Under the pieces are notes generated by a model. It did no database searches and was not told where the DNA came from. It saw only the letters and a program-made list of their open reading frames with translations. Both the position numbers and the translations under genes were made by a program. This document shows, in pieces, positions 1-9,659 of a DNA stretch of 64,000 bases (within the stretch, counting starts at the first letter, position 1; each line of letters begins with the position of its first letter). The stretch is from a bacterium. Lineage in GTDB: Bacteria > J088 > JAWLBW01. The stretch lies in the NCBI GenBank assembly GCA_041690355.1, contig JAWLHK010000014.1, forward strand, positions 1 to 64,000. The letters run 5' to 3'.

Positions 1-400
1 GGTGTATTCCTTTCACCGGGCGGCAACCCGGAGGTTTGGTTTGGTTATCGAAAGGATACACCGCCTTTTTCGTTTTTACACACCTTTTGAGGCTACCTCC
101 ATCGAGTGTATCGATGAAGAACTCATTCTATTGCTGCAGGAGCCCGGTACAGCAAAGCTGGTCCGCATTCCGGGCGGCAGTTCCACGGACATTCCGGTCA
201 GGTTCGTCAAGCCGACTTACAATAACGTAGGTGCGGTCGCGATGTCTGATGGCGACAGGATCTTGCTTGCCTATACGACGCAGACGCAGCAAGACGTGGA
301 GTGTGAGCCTGGCGTGACGTGCCGGCAACAACGCTTCAGAACTCGTCTGTTGGAGTACGACTGGAAAAATGGCGTAACCATTTCGGATCGTGAGCTGTAG
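1..400 (+). CDS. Hypothetical protein, 3' part only (runs in from window edge)
   Basis: Open frame from the window start to TAG at 400; visibly more AT-rich than flanking genes; no motif recognised. Confidence 0.55.
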   Translation, partial: VYSFHRAATRRFGLVIERIHRLFRFYTPFEATSIECIDEELILLLQEPGTAKLVRIPGGSSTDIPVRFVKPTYNNVGAVAMSDGDRILLAYTTQTQQDVECEPGVTCRQQRFRTRLLEYDWKNGVTISDREL

Positions 401-600
401 GCGGGTATCGTGGGCCGCCTCACGTCACCGGTCCCGACTGCCACGGCTCAGTCATGTCGCCTGTCGACAATGAATGAGCCAACCTGCTTTCGAGAAGCTG
501 AGGACGAAGACACACTGAGCGGAATCTCACGGTTCCTACGGATTACGCCCAGCGCCCAGCATCCAGCAACCAGGGTCCCCCTCTGGTACCATGTTACCCC

Positions 601-2376
601 ATGGCGAACCGTATTCTCCTTGTTTCCCTCCTACTCGCGATTGCCGGATGCACTGCCGATGAAACTTCCGATTCGCAGCGGGCCGTCACCGTCTGGCTCG
701 ACGCCGCCGACCCCGAGACCCCGTTCCCCAGCGACGCGTGGACCGTCGCCGACGCTGCAAGCGCCACCGGCCGCCGCGTCGACCTGTCGAGGCTGGACGC
801 GGATTCGCTCCCCGCGCGGGCCATTCACGCGTGGGATGGCGACGGCCTCACCAAGGTGCGCGACGCCCTCGAGTCGCTCGATGGGTTTTCGGGCTTCGCG
901 CCGATCTTCGTGCCGTTCTCGGGTTCGCTGCACCCGGATTCGGTGACCGCGGACGCATTCCGCCTGGTCGACCTGACCGCCGGCGTCACCGTTCCCGTCG
1001 CGGCCGTCTACCAGCCGGAACCCGGACGCGCCGGGTGGGTGCTGCTGCATCCGCGCGAAGTCCTGCGGCCGGCCCATCGCCACGCCGTGCTCGTCGGCGC
1101 CGGCCTGCGCGACCTCGAGGGGAATCCGCTTGCGGCGCCCGCCGCGCAGCCGCTGCCGCTTCCCGAGCGGGCGCTCGCCCTGAAGGCGGCCGGCTGGTCG
1201 TCGCGGGACCTGCTGGGCGTGTTCGCCTTTACCGTGCAGGACACGACGGGCGAGATGCTGGCGGCGGCCCGGTGGATCCAGACGGCGCTGCCGGCGGCCG
1301 TGACCGACGTCGTACAGACGAGCGCCCGTGAAATCGAGGGAACCTTTCTGGCCCCCGACTTCCGTTCCGGCGACATCATTCCCCCCGGCGCGAATCCGGA
1401 GCCGCGCGGGTGGACGCGCATCCCGTTCTACCTCAAGCTGCCGCGGAACCATCTGACGGCGCCGCGGCCGTTTCCGCTGGCCATCTGGGCGCACGGGCTC
1501 ACGGGCGACCGCTTCAGCATCCCGAATGTCGACGACGCGGCGGTCATCGCCATCGACGCCGTCGAACACGGCTTCCGCATGCAGTCGCCCAGCCGCGATC
1601 TCGTGGCCTTTGAGTTCAACAACTTCCAGCAGATCCGCAAGACGCGCGACAACTACCGCCAGACGACCCTCGACAACCTGAGCCTGGCCCACCTGCTTCC
1701 CACCCTGGACGGGCAGCTGCGAGCGGCGCTCGGGGGCGGAGCCCTGTTGCGCACCGACGGATTCGTCTTTCTTGGCGGTTCCCTGGGGGGCATCGTCGGC
1801 GGTTCGATCATTCCGCTCGCCCCCGAAATCGACCACGCCATCGTCGTCGTCGGCGGGGCCGGGCTGTCAGCCGCCTTCCAGGACGGTCTCTTCAAGCTGG
1901 CGGCGCCGAACGTGACCTTCGCGCACACGCCGGTCGAGCGGGCGATGTTCTTCGCGCTCGTGCAGATGCTGTTCGATCGAGCCGACGGGGTCAATTATCT
2001 GCGGCATGCCATCCGCGAGCCGCTGCCCGGCCACACGCCGCGCAACGTACTCTTTCTCGAAGTCATCGGCGACCCGCTCGTTCCCAACCGCGCGAACGAA
2101 ACCTGGGCCTGGGCGGCGGGGCTCGAGTGGCTGACCCCCATTTATCAGAATCCGTTCGGAATGCCCGTGGTCGACCGCGAGGCGATCTCGGGAAACTTCG
2201 TCATCGACGGCATGGCGCGCACGGGGGTTGCTTATCAGTACAACCCCGATCCCGGCGACGTGCGCGGCCTGAAGCGGCATGGCTACCTCGCCGATCACGA
2301 TCCCGGCCTGCGGCAGATTGAGCATTTCTTCCGTACGGGCCTCGACACGGGCACGGCCGAAGCCCGCCGCCCGTAA
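601..2376 (+). CDS. Lipoprotein with alpha/beta-hydrolase (lipase-like) C-terminal domain
   Basis: Lipobox IAG-C; IWAHGLTG oxyanion-type motif; nucleophile elbow GGSLGG; later GDPLVPN and HGYL as candidate Asp/His. Confidence 0.75.
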   Translation: MANRILLVSLLLAIAGCTADETSDSQRAVTVWLDAADPETPFPSDAWTVADAASATGRRVDLSRLDADSLPARAIHAWDGDGLTKVRDALESLDGFSGFAPIFVPFSGSLHPDSVTADAFRLVDLTAGVTVPVAAVYQPEPGRAGWVLLHPREVLRPAHRHAVLVGAGLRDLEGNPLAAPAAQPLPLPERALALKAAGWSSRDLLGVFAFTVQDTTGEMLAAARWIQTALPAAVTDVVQTSAREIEGTFLAPDFRSGDIIPPGANPEPRGWTRIPFYLKLPRNHLTAPRPFPLAIWAHGLTGDRFSIPNVDDAAVIAIDAVEHGFRMQSPSRDLVAFEFNNFQQIRKTRDNYRQTTLDNLSLAHLLPTLDGQLRAALGGGALLRTDGFVFLGGSLGGIVGGSIIPLAPEIDHAIVVVGGAGLSAAFQDGLFKLAAPNVTFAHTPVERAMFFALVQMLFDRADGVNYLRHAIREPLPGHTPRNVLFLEVIGDPLVPNRANETWAWAAGLEWLTPIYQNPFGMPVVDREAISGNFVIDGMARTGVAYQYNPDPGDVRGLKRHGYLADHDPGLRQIEHFFRTGLDTGTAEARRP

Positions 2377-2392
2377 GCATTTCCCGCGTCAG

Positions 2393-2437
2393 ATCTGCCA
2401 TCTGCAATCTGCCATCTGCAATCTGTCATTTGCCATT
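2393..2437. repeat. Heptamer tandem array (ATCTGCC/ATCTGCA) x~6
   Basis: ATCTGCC ATCTGCA ATCTGCC ATCTGCA ATCTGTC ATTTGCC read directly. Confidence 0.9.
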
Positions 2438-2514
2438 CTTGCCCGTTTGGTGCACCCTGAGTCGGCTGGGTCCCCGCCGGCGAGTTTCCGTTTGCGGCTT
2501 GCAGAAGCGTTACC

Positions 2515-3225
2515 ATGGATACCGCACTTCCGATCGACACCCGCCCGCTGTGGAAGCGGATGGTTCAGGACGGCCTCGACTGGCTCTTCGCGCAGGTTCT
2601 TGCCCCGCTTCTGGCGGCTCTTCTTCACGGCCTCTGCGCTACGCTGCGCTGGGATATCCGCGGCCTCGAAAACCTGCAGCCCTTCTGGGGCGAAGGCCGT
2701 CCAGTCATCGTCTGCTGCTGGCATGGGCGTCTCCTCATGATCCCGCATGCCTGGCAGCGCCACGGCCGCGGCCGCGCCCATGTGCTCATGGGGCGTAACC
2801 GCAACGGCGAGTTGATCACGCGCATCGTCGCCCGGTTCCGCATGGACGCGATTCGCGGCGGGAGCCGCTCGGGAGGCGAGGCGGCGCGGCGGATGATGGC
2901 CGAGGCCGTGCGTCACGGAGGGGCCGAAACCCTCGCGTTGACTCCGGACGGCCCCCACGGGCCGCCGCAGGTCTCCAAAATGGGGGCGGTTTCCCTTTCA
3001 CGTTCCCTCGACATCCCTCTGCTCTGGGTGAGCGCGAGTGCTCGCCGCGCCGTGCGCTTCGGCACCTGGGACCGCTTCATGCTGCCGCTGCCGTTCTCGC
3101 GGGTGCGGGTCGTGTTCGGACCGCCTCAGCACCCGCGCGATCATGCGCACCGCTCGCTCGAAGAGATGCGCGACGCCATCGACGAAATCGGCCGCGAAGC
3201 GCAGCGCCGGGTCGACGCCTGGTAG
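2515..3225 (+). CDS. DUF374 / lysophospholipid acyltransferase family protein
   Basis: Motifs WHGRLL, NRNGELI, IRGGS, ALTPDGPHGP, WDRFMLPLPFSR typical of DUF374. Confidence 0.85.
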   Translation: MDTALPIDTRPLWKRMVQDGLDWLFAQVLAPLLAALLHGLCATLRWDIRGLENLQPFWGEGRPVIVCCWHGRLLMIPHAWQRHGRGRAHVLMGRNRNGELITRIVARFRMDAIRGGSRSGGEAARRMMAEAVRHGGAETLALTPDGPHGPPQVSKMGAVSLSRSLDIPLLWVSASARRAVRFGTWDRFMLPLPFSRVRVVFGPPQHPRDHAHRSLEEMRDAIDEIGREAQRRVDAW

Positions 3226-3226
3226 C

Positions 3227-3958
3227 TCAGCTCCGCACGGGCTGAATCGGACGTTCGCCGGTCTGCCTCAGCATCGCAAGCTTGCGAAAGGTCACCAGGT
3301 GTCCCGAGAGCGCTGCGACCACGAGTACCCCCGGTAACAGAAGGTAGGGGAACCCCGTCACCCACACGTTGCTCTGATCTTCGGGAAAAATACGGAGTGG
3401 TGTCGGCATCGACGTGTTCGCGAGAAAGGCGATCACCAGGAGAAATGCGAGTCCCATCCAGTTCCACGCCTGCGCGAGCCGCACGCTGGGCCGCCGGTGC
3501 AGCCAGAGCCCCACGGCGATGGCGGTCACGCCGGTTACGATGTCGAAATTGTACCCCTCGAACGTCATCTGAACCGGCGCCATGCCCGCTCGGTGCGCGG
3601 TAAAGAGCACCGCCTCGGCCAGGATGCGGAACGATTGGAAGCCGACGAGCCAGCTGAGCGGCGTCTGGCGCGCCAGCAGGGTGCCGAAGCGTGAGAAGGC
3701 CACGGCGAAGGCGACAGCGATCATGCCCAGGAAGTAAAAGACCATCGGCGGCGGAAAACGGTCGAAACGGGCGACGATGCCCGATGCCGCCAGCGCCAGA
3801 TTCACGCCGACGAGCGCAAGAAAAAGTGTCACTGCCGCGGCAATCCAGGCGCGTCTCCTGGCGGGATCGGAGAGTTCATGGGAAGCCGCCGAGGCGATAC
3901 CGCCGATCCAGAAAAGTCCGACCAGGGTTACGGCGATTAGAAGTAGCAAGGTGGTCAT
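3227..3958 (-). CDS. Conserved multi-pass membrane protein
   Basis: About 7 hydrophobic segments; QSFRI and EGYNFDIVTG motifs; overlaps the TetR gene stop (ATGA). Confidence 0.75.
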   Translation of the reverse strand: MTTLLLLIAVTLVGLFWIGGIASAASHELSDPARRRAWIAAAVTLFLALVGVNLALAASGIVARFDRFPPPMVFYFLGMIAVAFAVAFSRFGTLLARQTPLSWLVGFQSFRILAEAVLFTAHRAGMAPVQMTFEGYNFDIVTGVTAIAVGLWLHRRPSVRLAQAWNWMGLAFLLVIAFLANTSMPTPLRIFPEDQSNVWVTGFPYLLLPGVLVVAALSGHLVTFRKLAMLRQTGERPIQPVRS

Positions 3959-4575
3959 GGTTTGGCTCCAGGGTGAATTGTTCGGTCAAGCAGGGCGCGG
4001 CCCGCGTGCAGAAACTGATCGGAAAGCGGATCGCCTTCGCATGCGCGGCTCAGGATCAGCGCGCCCACGTAGCAGGCCATGAGGCCCATCCACTCTTCCC
4101 GGGAAATCACTTTGCCCCCGAACGAGAAAAGCCGGCGCCGGTGGTCGATGGTTTCCAGCAGGCCGCGTGCGAACACATGGCGCAAGGCCGGGCCGCTCTG
4201 CGAAAAGTCGCGGGAGAGGCTCGCCACGGGGCAGCCGTCTGCGACCGCCGACCGGTGTCCCGGGCTCAGGTAGAAATCGAGAAAGGCACGCAGGCGATCG
4301 CGCCCGCGGAGCTCGGGGGACAACTGCGCGGCGACGCGCTCGTGCGACAGGTTCATCGCCGCGAGCAGGGCGTCGGCCACCATGTGATTCTTGTCCTCGA
4401 AGTAGGCGTAGAAGCTCCCGTGCGTTAAACCCGCATCGGCCATGACCGCCTGAACCGAGGTACCCTCGATGCCGTGGACCTTCATTCGGCGGGCGGCCGC
4501 CTGCAGCAGCTTGCGGCGGGTCGCTTCTTTCTTTTCGGCGCGGCTGGACATCGGTGCTCCTGTGGTTTGATTCAC
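3955..4575 (-). CDS. TetR/AcrR family transcriptional regulator
   Basis: N-terminal HTH GIEGTSVQAVMADAGLTHGSFYAYFEDK; C-terminal GCPVASL; start may be ATG 4551. Confidence 0.92.
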   Translation of the reverse strand: MNQTTGAPMSSRAEKKEATRRKLLQAAARRMKVHGIEGTSVQAVMADAGLTHGSFYAYFEDKNHMVADALLAAMNLSHERVAAQLSPELRGRDRLRAFLDFYLSPGHRSAVADGCPVASLSRDFSQSGPALRHVFARGLLETIDHRRRLFSFGGKVISREEWMGLMACYVGALILSRACEGDPLSDQFLHAGRALLDRTIHPGAKP

Positions 4576-4579
4576 ATTG

Positions 4580-4595
4580 TATGATGACCATCATA
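4580..4595. promoter_or_regulatory. Putative TetR autoregulatory operator
   Basis: Perfect inverted repeat TATGATG-AC-CATCATA immediately upstream of the TetR gene. Confidence 0.7.
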
Positions 4596-4773
4596 TGACG
4601 GGCAAGAAGAATTCGCTTCCGCAAAGCGTAATATTTTCAAATGCTTACTGGCTTCGTATGATGGAGGGTAGGCGGTTCGGCCGCGCCCGGCCGGCCGTTG
4701 TGTCTGCCACCGCAAACGGGGTGACCCGGCTCGCGGCTCTGGGCGACAGAGGAGGCCTGAAAAGACGGCCGGA

Positions 4774-5328
4774 TTACGGGTGTGCCATGTGGCGCAGCGC
4801 CCCGTCGCGAATCAGGAGGAAGTACGACGGGGTCTTCACCTGCCAGGGCCCGACCTGCAGGTAGCTCCAGCCGAGCAGAAACTCGGCGGAATCCTTGTGG
4901 AGGGCGACGAGCGGGTCACGTGCCAGGCGCGAAAAATCGAAGAAGGGATTCCCCCCCAGACCATAATCGATCAGCAGCCCCTGCGACACCGGAAGCGGGC
5001 AGGGGCGGTCTGCGTTTGAGACCACCTGGTAATGCCCGAACGTGAAGGGCGCCCCCTTCTTCATTTTGTAGCGGTATTCGGCCGCGTCGATACCGTCCTG
5101 CTCGATGCGCACGTTCCACCCGCGCAGCACACCGGTCTTCGGATCGCGGTGGAAGGTCTTCTTGAAGGTCTTCCACGACAGTTTTTCGAGAAGCGGATGC
5201 AGACCCAGGCTGATGCCGCGATACTCGGTGTCGTCGAGAGCCGCCGAATCGATGGGATACCCCTGGGCCAGCCGTTCGGCGAGCCGGCTCGTGTTGAGGG
5301 GGAGAAACTCTTCGATGGTTTGCAGCAT
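4774..5328 (-). CDS. Hypothetical protein
   Basis: 184-aa ORF with natural globular composition and high-GC3 codon usage. Confidence 0.7.
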   Translation of the reverse strand: MLQTIEEFLPLNTSRLAERLAQGYPIDSAALDDTEYRGISLGLHPLLEKLSWKTFKKTFHRDPKTGVLRGWNVRIEQDGIDAAEYRYKMKKGAPFTFGHYQVVSNADRPCPLPVSQGLLIDYGLGGNPFFDFSRLARDPLVALHKDSAEFLLGWSYLQVGPWQVKTPSYFLLIRDGALRHMAHP

Positions 5329-5451
5329 GATGGACCAGGGGGAAAGGCAACTGAAAATCTACCACGAATTGCGAGGGCTGCCCAGCGCGCTCCCTCCCGA
5401 AAGAAAGCCGCGTGGGTGGCCCGCGTACTCCGGATGCGATATAAAGGCCGG

Positions 5452-5787
5452 ATGGAACCTTCTTCGAACGGCATCACGTTTGCCGAACGGCTCGTCGAAG
5501 CCGGGGGTGAAATCATCGCCATGGAGAGCGGGCTTGGCATCGCCGAAAGCCGCGCCATGCTGTTGCGCGGTTCCATTCAGGGTTCCCGCATGCACGGTCT
5601 GGCCGGCCTGCCGTCCCCCGAGACGCCCCTCGAAATCCGCTACGCCATCATCGGGACGACGCTTGGGCTGCTCGATGCCGAGCTTGCGCTTCGCGATATC
5701 GCGCCTCCCGTGCGGGAGAAGATATCGCGTGAGCTGGATGCGTTCTACCGGCGCATCCGCGGCATGGATTCCCAGGGTCCCGCCTGA
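5452..5787 (+). CDS. Hypothetical helical protein
   Basis: ATG at 5452 in the frame of ORF 5032..5787; fills the gap between two minus-strand genes. Confidence 0.5.
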   Translation: MEPSSNGITFAERLVEAGGEIIAMESGLGIAESRAMLLRGSIQGSRMHGLAGLPSPETPLEIRYAIIGTTLGLLDAELALRDIAPPVREKISRELDAFYRRIRGMDSQGPA

Positions 5788-5789
5788 GT

Positions 5790-6524
5790 TCAGGCGACCA
5801 GCAGAACCCCGGCGACGAGCAGCAGCAGATACGTGAAGAGGCGGAAAACGCGCTCGCTGATGCGGACGCGTTCACCGATCGCGATGCCGACAAACGCCGC
5901 GGGCAGCAGAATGAGAAACCCCTTGCCGCTCTGCATCGTCACGTTACCCGTGCCCCATAATTGCGCGACGAGCATGAGGTTCAGCAGCAGCCAGAGCACG
6001 GCCAGACTGGCGCGAAACACTTTTCGCGAGGGCAGCGCGCGGCTTGCATAGTACACGATGAGCGGGCCGCCGCTCGCAAAGAGGCCATGAAATACGCCGC
6101 CGCCGAAAAGAACCGGAATGCCCGCCGTGCGGGTCATCGGGGGCTCGGCCCGGTGCCCGCTCCGTTTCCACTTGTAGAGCTCGGCCATCGCCACGCCGAT
6201 GACGAACAGGCCGAGCACCACCTTCATCTCGCGTTCGGGGGCCAGGTCCCGATAGAGCATGCCGGCGAACAGCCCGAGCGTCGCCGCGGGAAGGATGAAG
6301 AACAGGATGGTATTCCAGTCGACGTGCCGCCGTCCGGTGACGAGAAGCCAGACGCTCTGCACCATCCCCAGCAGCACGAGCAGGACCAGCAGCTGATCGA
6401 GCGGCAGCAGGTGCACGCCGAGCGCGAGCGCCACGAGGGTCGCGCCGAAGCCGAGCACCGTTTCAATCAGGTGCGAAAGTACGACGACCAGCGCCAGCAG
6501 CGCCCAGAGGGTCCAGTCAGGCAT
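5790..6524 (-). CDS. Sulfite exporter TauE/SafE family permease
   Basis: LGFGATLV and GLFASGGPLIV repeats; about 8 TM segments. Confidence 0.85.
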   Translation of the reverse strand: MPDWTLWALLALVVVLSHLIETVLGFGATLVALALGVHLLPLDQLLVLLVLLGMVQSVWLLVTGRRHVDWNTILFFILPAATLGLFAGMLYRDLAPEREMKVVLGLFVIGVAMAELYKWKRSGHRAEPPMTRTAGIPVLFGGGVFHGLFASGGPLIVYYASRALPSRKVFRASLAVLWLLLNLMLVAQLWGTGNVTMQSGKGFLILLPAAFVGIAIGERVRISERVFRLFTYLLLLVAGVLLVA

Positions 6525-6593
6525 ATACGGCAACCATTCGCAGACCGGTGAGGCTTGGCGGTGCGGCGGCTTTCCGGGAGGGAAAAACCGCGG

Positions 6594-7919
6594 TCAGGTC
6601 GTCTCGACCTGGTACAGGCCGTTCAGGTATTCGAGCACAAGGTCGTGGGCCATCTTGCGGTCGGGCAGGGTGCCCATCATGCCATAGAGCGCCGCGGCCT
6701 CGGAGACGTCGGTCTCGGGCATCGTCTTGACCTTGTCGATGGCCGTGCGCATGTCCTTCATGAGCGCGTCCATGACTTCGTCGTGCTTCGGCGAGACGGT
6801 GACGTGCAGGGCGGCCGGCATGTGCATCGGCTCGATGATCCAGCCGAGCTTCTTCAGCTCGTCGCCCAGCGCGAAGATGTTCAGCTCGTCGCTGGCGATG
6901 GCGAACAACGTGCTGTCGGGCTTGCCGAGCACGCGCAGCTCGGGGAACTCGTTGATGCGGTCAATCATCCGGCGCGTAGTCTCCATCATGCGCGACACCT
7001 GCTTCACATAGCCCTCTTCGCCCAGGAACTTCATGACCGACCAGGCCGCCGCCACGGCGCCCCCGGTACGGCCGCCGGCGAGCGCGGGGGTCGCATAAAC
7101 GCCGCCGCTCCATTCGGTGTAGGCATAGAACTGGTATTTGCGCAGGTCGGCATTACGGTAGAGCACGATGGAGGCCCCTTTGGGCGCATACCCGTACTTG
7201 TGAACGTCGGCCGACATGGAGAGTACGCCCGGCACGGCGAAGTCGAACGGCGGCGTCGGGTAGCCTCCGGCCCGCTGGAAGGGGAGAACGAAGCCGCCCA
7301 CGCAGGCGTCGACGTGCAGCCAGATCCCTTTCTCCTGCGCCAGCTCGCCCATCTTGTCGATCGGATCGACCATGCCGTGCGGATAGGTCGGCGCCGAGCC
7401 GATGAGCAGCACGGTGTTCGGCGTCATGGCGGCGCGCATGGCGTCGACGTCGGCGCGGAATCCGTCGTCGACCGGCGTGTGCACCATCTTGAGCCCCAGG
7501 TAGTGGCAGGCCTTGTCCCACGCCGGGTGGGCCGACGTGGGCGCGATGACTTCGGGAACCTGGATGTGCGGAAATTTGTCGCGGGCCCAGTCGCGCACGG
7601 CCTTCATCGCCATGAGGATGCTCTCGGTGCCCCCCGAGGTCATGCAGCCGGCCGCCTCGGTTCCGCCGTTGAGCATCGAGGCGGTCATGGCGACGACCTC
7701 GGTCTCGAACTTGCGCAGGCTGGGAAAGGCGAACGGGCTCAGGCCGTTTTCGGTCTGAAACTTCGCGTAGGCTTCCTTGCCGAAATTGATGACCTCGTCG
7801 TCGACGCGATAGATGTAGGCGAACATGTGGGCGGTGCGCCAGTTCGTGTCCTGCGCGCTGATCTGATCGAGCTGCTGCAGCAGGTTTTCGCGGCTCGCGC
7901 CTTTCTTGGGCAGTTCCAT
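6594..7919 (-). CDS. PLP-dependent group II decarboxylase, sphingosine-1-phosphate lyase-like
   Basis: TSGGTESI, HVDACVGGF and SADVHKYGYAPKGAS (PLP lysine); AGGAG RBS. Confidence 0.85.
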   Translation of the reverse strand: MELPKKGASRENLLQQLDQISAQDTNWRTAHMFAYIYRVDDEVINFGKEAYAKFQTENGLSPFAFPSLRKFETEVVAMTASMLNGGTEAAGCMTSGGTESILMAMKAVRDWARDKFPHIQVPEVIAPTSAHPAWDKACHYLGLKMVHTPVDDGFRADVDAMRAAMTPNTVLLIGSAPTYPHGMVDPIDKMGELAQEKGIWLHVDACVGGFVLPFQRAGGYPTPPFDFAVPGVLSMSADVHKYGYAPKGASIVLYRNADLRKYQFYAYTEWSGGVYATPALAGGRTGGAVAAAWSVMKFLGEEGYVKQVSRMMETTRRMIDRINEFPELRVLGKPDSTLFAIASDELNIFALGDELKKLGWIIEPMHMPAALHVTVSPKHDEVMDALMKDMRTAIDKVKTMPETDVSEAAALYGMMGTLPDRKMAHDLVLEYLNGLYQVETT

Positions 7920-8015
7920 GTTCGTCTCCTTTTCAGGCTGTCGTATTGTCGAATGCTACAGGGTAATCGGCGCCGCCGATCCGCGCAAACCCCCTTGGCG
8001 GTCTCTTTGCCGAGG

Positions 8016-9536
8016 CTAGAAGCTGTGCGCGAAGTCCATGTGCAGCCCCGAGCCCTCGGCGCTCACCGAATAGTCGATGAAGAGGACGGTGGCCGTATTC
8101 CACGTAAACCGCAGGCCGGCGCCGGGCGACGTGCGCCAGTCGCGGAACGATGTGTCGGCCACGCGATCCCAGACGCGCCCGCTGTCGACGAAAGGTACCA
8201 GCATGAGCGTGAAGTCTTCGGTCCACACCTTCAGGTCGAGAAAGGTCCAGCGCAGCTCGAGGTTGGCCATGGCGGCGACGGGTCCCTGAAAGCGTGCCAG
8301 TTTGAACCCGCGCAGCCCCCGGAATCCCCCCAGACCGTCTTCGTCACCCTCGGTATACCCCATGCGGCTGTAGGCGAAGAAGGGGGCATCCCCGTCGGTC
8401 CACGTGTAGACCGCGCGCCCCGCGAGTACCGCTTCGGTCCCCCCGTTCCACAGGCGGAAGTATCCGCGCGGGGTGACCGTGTAGCGCGTGTAAGCGAAGT
8501 CGGAGCCGAGCCAGGGATAGGACAACTCGGCGACGGCATCGGCAAAGATGCCGTCGTTCGGATTCGGCGCGTAGTCGCGGGTGTCGTAGGCGAGACCGAT
8601 CTTGAGAAAGCTGTCGTTGCCGCCGTTGCAGCCGAGAATGCGGCCGTCGGCGCAGTCTTCGTACAGCCGGGTCGGCCCCTGGAAGGCGCGCACCTCGGCG
8701 CCCGACGCCGTCTCACCGTTCACCGTCGAGCCCGTGTAGTCGCGGACGGTGACTTTCGTGAAGCGATACCCGAGCAGGGGGCGCAGGACGCCGCCGAGCA
8801 GGTCCCGCTCCACCGTCAGTTCCGCATACGGACGGAAAAGATCGATGAGATTGTACTTGGTGAAGGCGACTCCGTTTTCAACCGTCCGGTTCGCCGCCTC
8901 GAGCGCCGCCGTGTCGGCATAGGTGACGCCGCCGCGCGTCAGGCCCAACCCGGCTTCGCCTACGCCATAATACGGGGTCGCAATGTTGCGCTCGTACATC
9001 GCCTTGCCCTGGACGCGGTAGAGGGAGCCGCCCAGATACGGGGCGTCCCACGTGAGCTTGTGGCGGTCGAGGCCGAAGGTGGTCGTAAAGTACTGCGCGT
9101 AGATGCGATGCCGGTACTGCGTATAGCGCCAGAGGGGATCGGACGGGGCTCCGGTGTCATAGTAATAGCCGCCGACGCCGTACCCGAACCCGGTGTCGGA
9201 ACTCAGGTTCACAAGGGGCAGGGCCGATACGTAGCGCCCGGGCCGCTTCCGAAGCAGGTCGCCCTGGTCGAGAACCGGTTTGTTCTCGAGACCCGGCATA
9301 GACGGCGGCTCGAATCTGCCTGCGGCCTGGGCGGCAGAGGTAGAAGCCGGTTCGGGCGCCGTACTCGTGGTAACCTGTGCCGCAATGATCCCGGCCAGCG
9401 GATCGGTCGTAGCCGTCGCGGCGGTCAAGGACGTCGCGGCGGTCGCGGCGGCGGGCGAGGGCTCGACGGCGGCCGATGCGGGGTCTGCGAAGGACAGAAG
9501 AGCGGCGGCGCTGATAGATACGGCGGTAAGAAGCAT
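8016..9536 (-). CDS. Omp85/BamA-TamA family outer-membrane beta-barrel protein (no obvious POTRA)
   Basis: Signal peptide, Ala/Thr linker, YDTRD motif, LGGFRGLRGF (VRGF-like lid), C-terminal beta-signal MDFAHSF. Confidence 0.85.
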   Translation of the reverse strand: MLLTAVSISAAALLSFADPASAAVEPSPAAATAATSLTAATATTDPLAGIIAAQVTTSTAPEPASTSAAQAAGRFEPPSMPGLENKPVLDQGDLLRKRPGRYVSALPLVNLSSDTGFGYGVGGYYYDTGAPSDPLWRYTQYRHRIYAQYFTTTFGLDRHKLTWDAPYLGGSLYRVQGKAMYERNIATPYYGVGEAGLGLTRGGVTYADTAALEAANRTVENGVAFTKYNLIDLFRPYAELTVERDLLGGVLRPLLGYRFTKVTVRDYTGSTVNGETASGAEVRAFQGPTRLYEDCADGRILGCNGGNDSFLKIGLAYDTRDYAPNPNDGIFADAVAELSYPWLGSDFAYTRYTVTPRGYFRLWNGGTEAVLAGRAVYTWTDGDAPFFAYSRMGYTEGDEDGLGGFRGLRGFKLARFQGPVAAMANLELRWTFLDLKVWTEDFTLMLVPFVDSGRVWDRVADTSFRDWRTSPGAGLRFTWNTATVLFIDYSVSAEGSGLHMDFAHSF

Positions 9537-9659
9537 GACGCACAGTAAAGCAGCCGCTCAGGCCGGTTGCAAGGCGCTTTCTGCACGGCCGCTTTCCGGA
9601 ATCAATCGTTTGCATGCCCCGCAGGCTACGGGTACGCTGTGGGGGTAGGAGGTGACCGT

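Noticed and set aside
6555-9548. 997-aa plus-strand ORF
   Set aside because: Antisense shadow of the PLP enzyme and Omp85 genes
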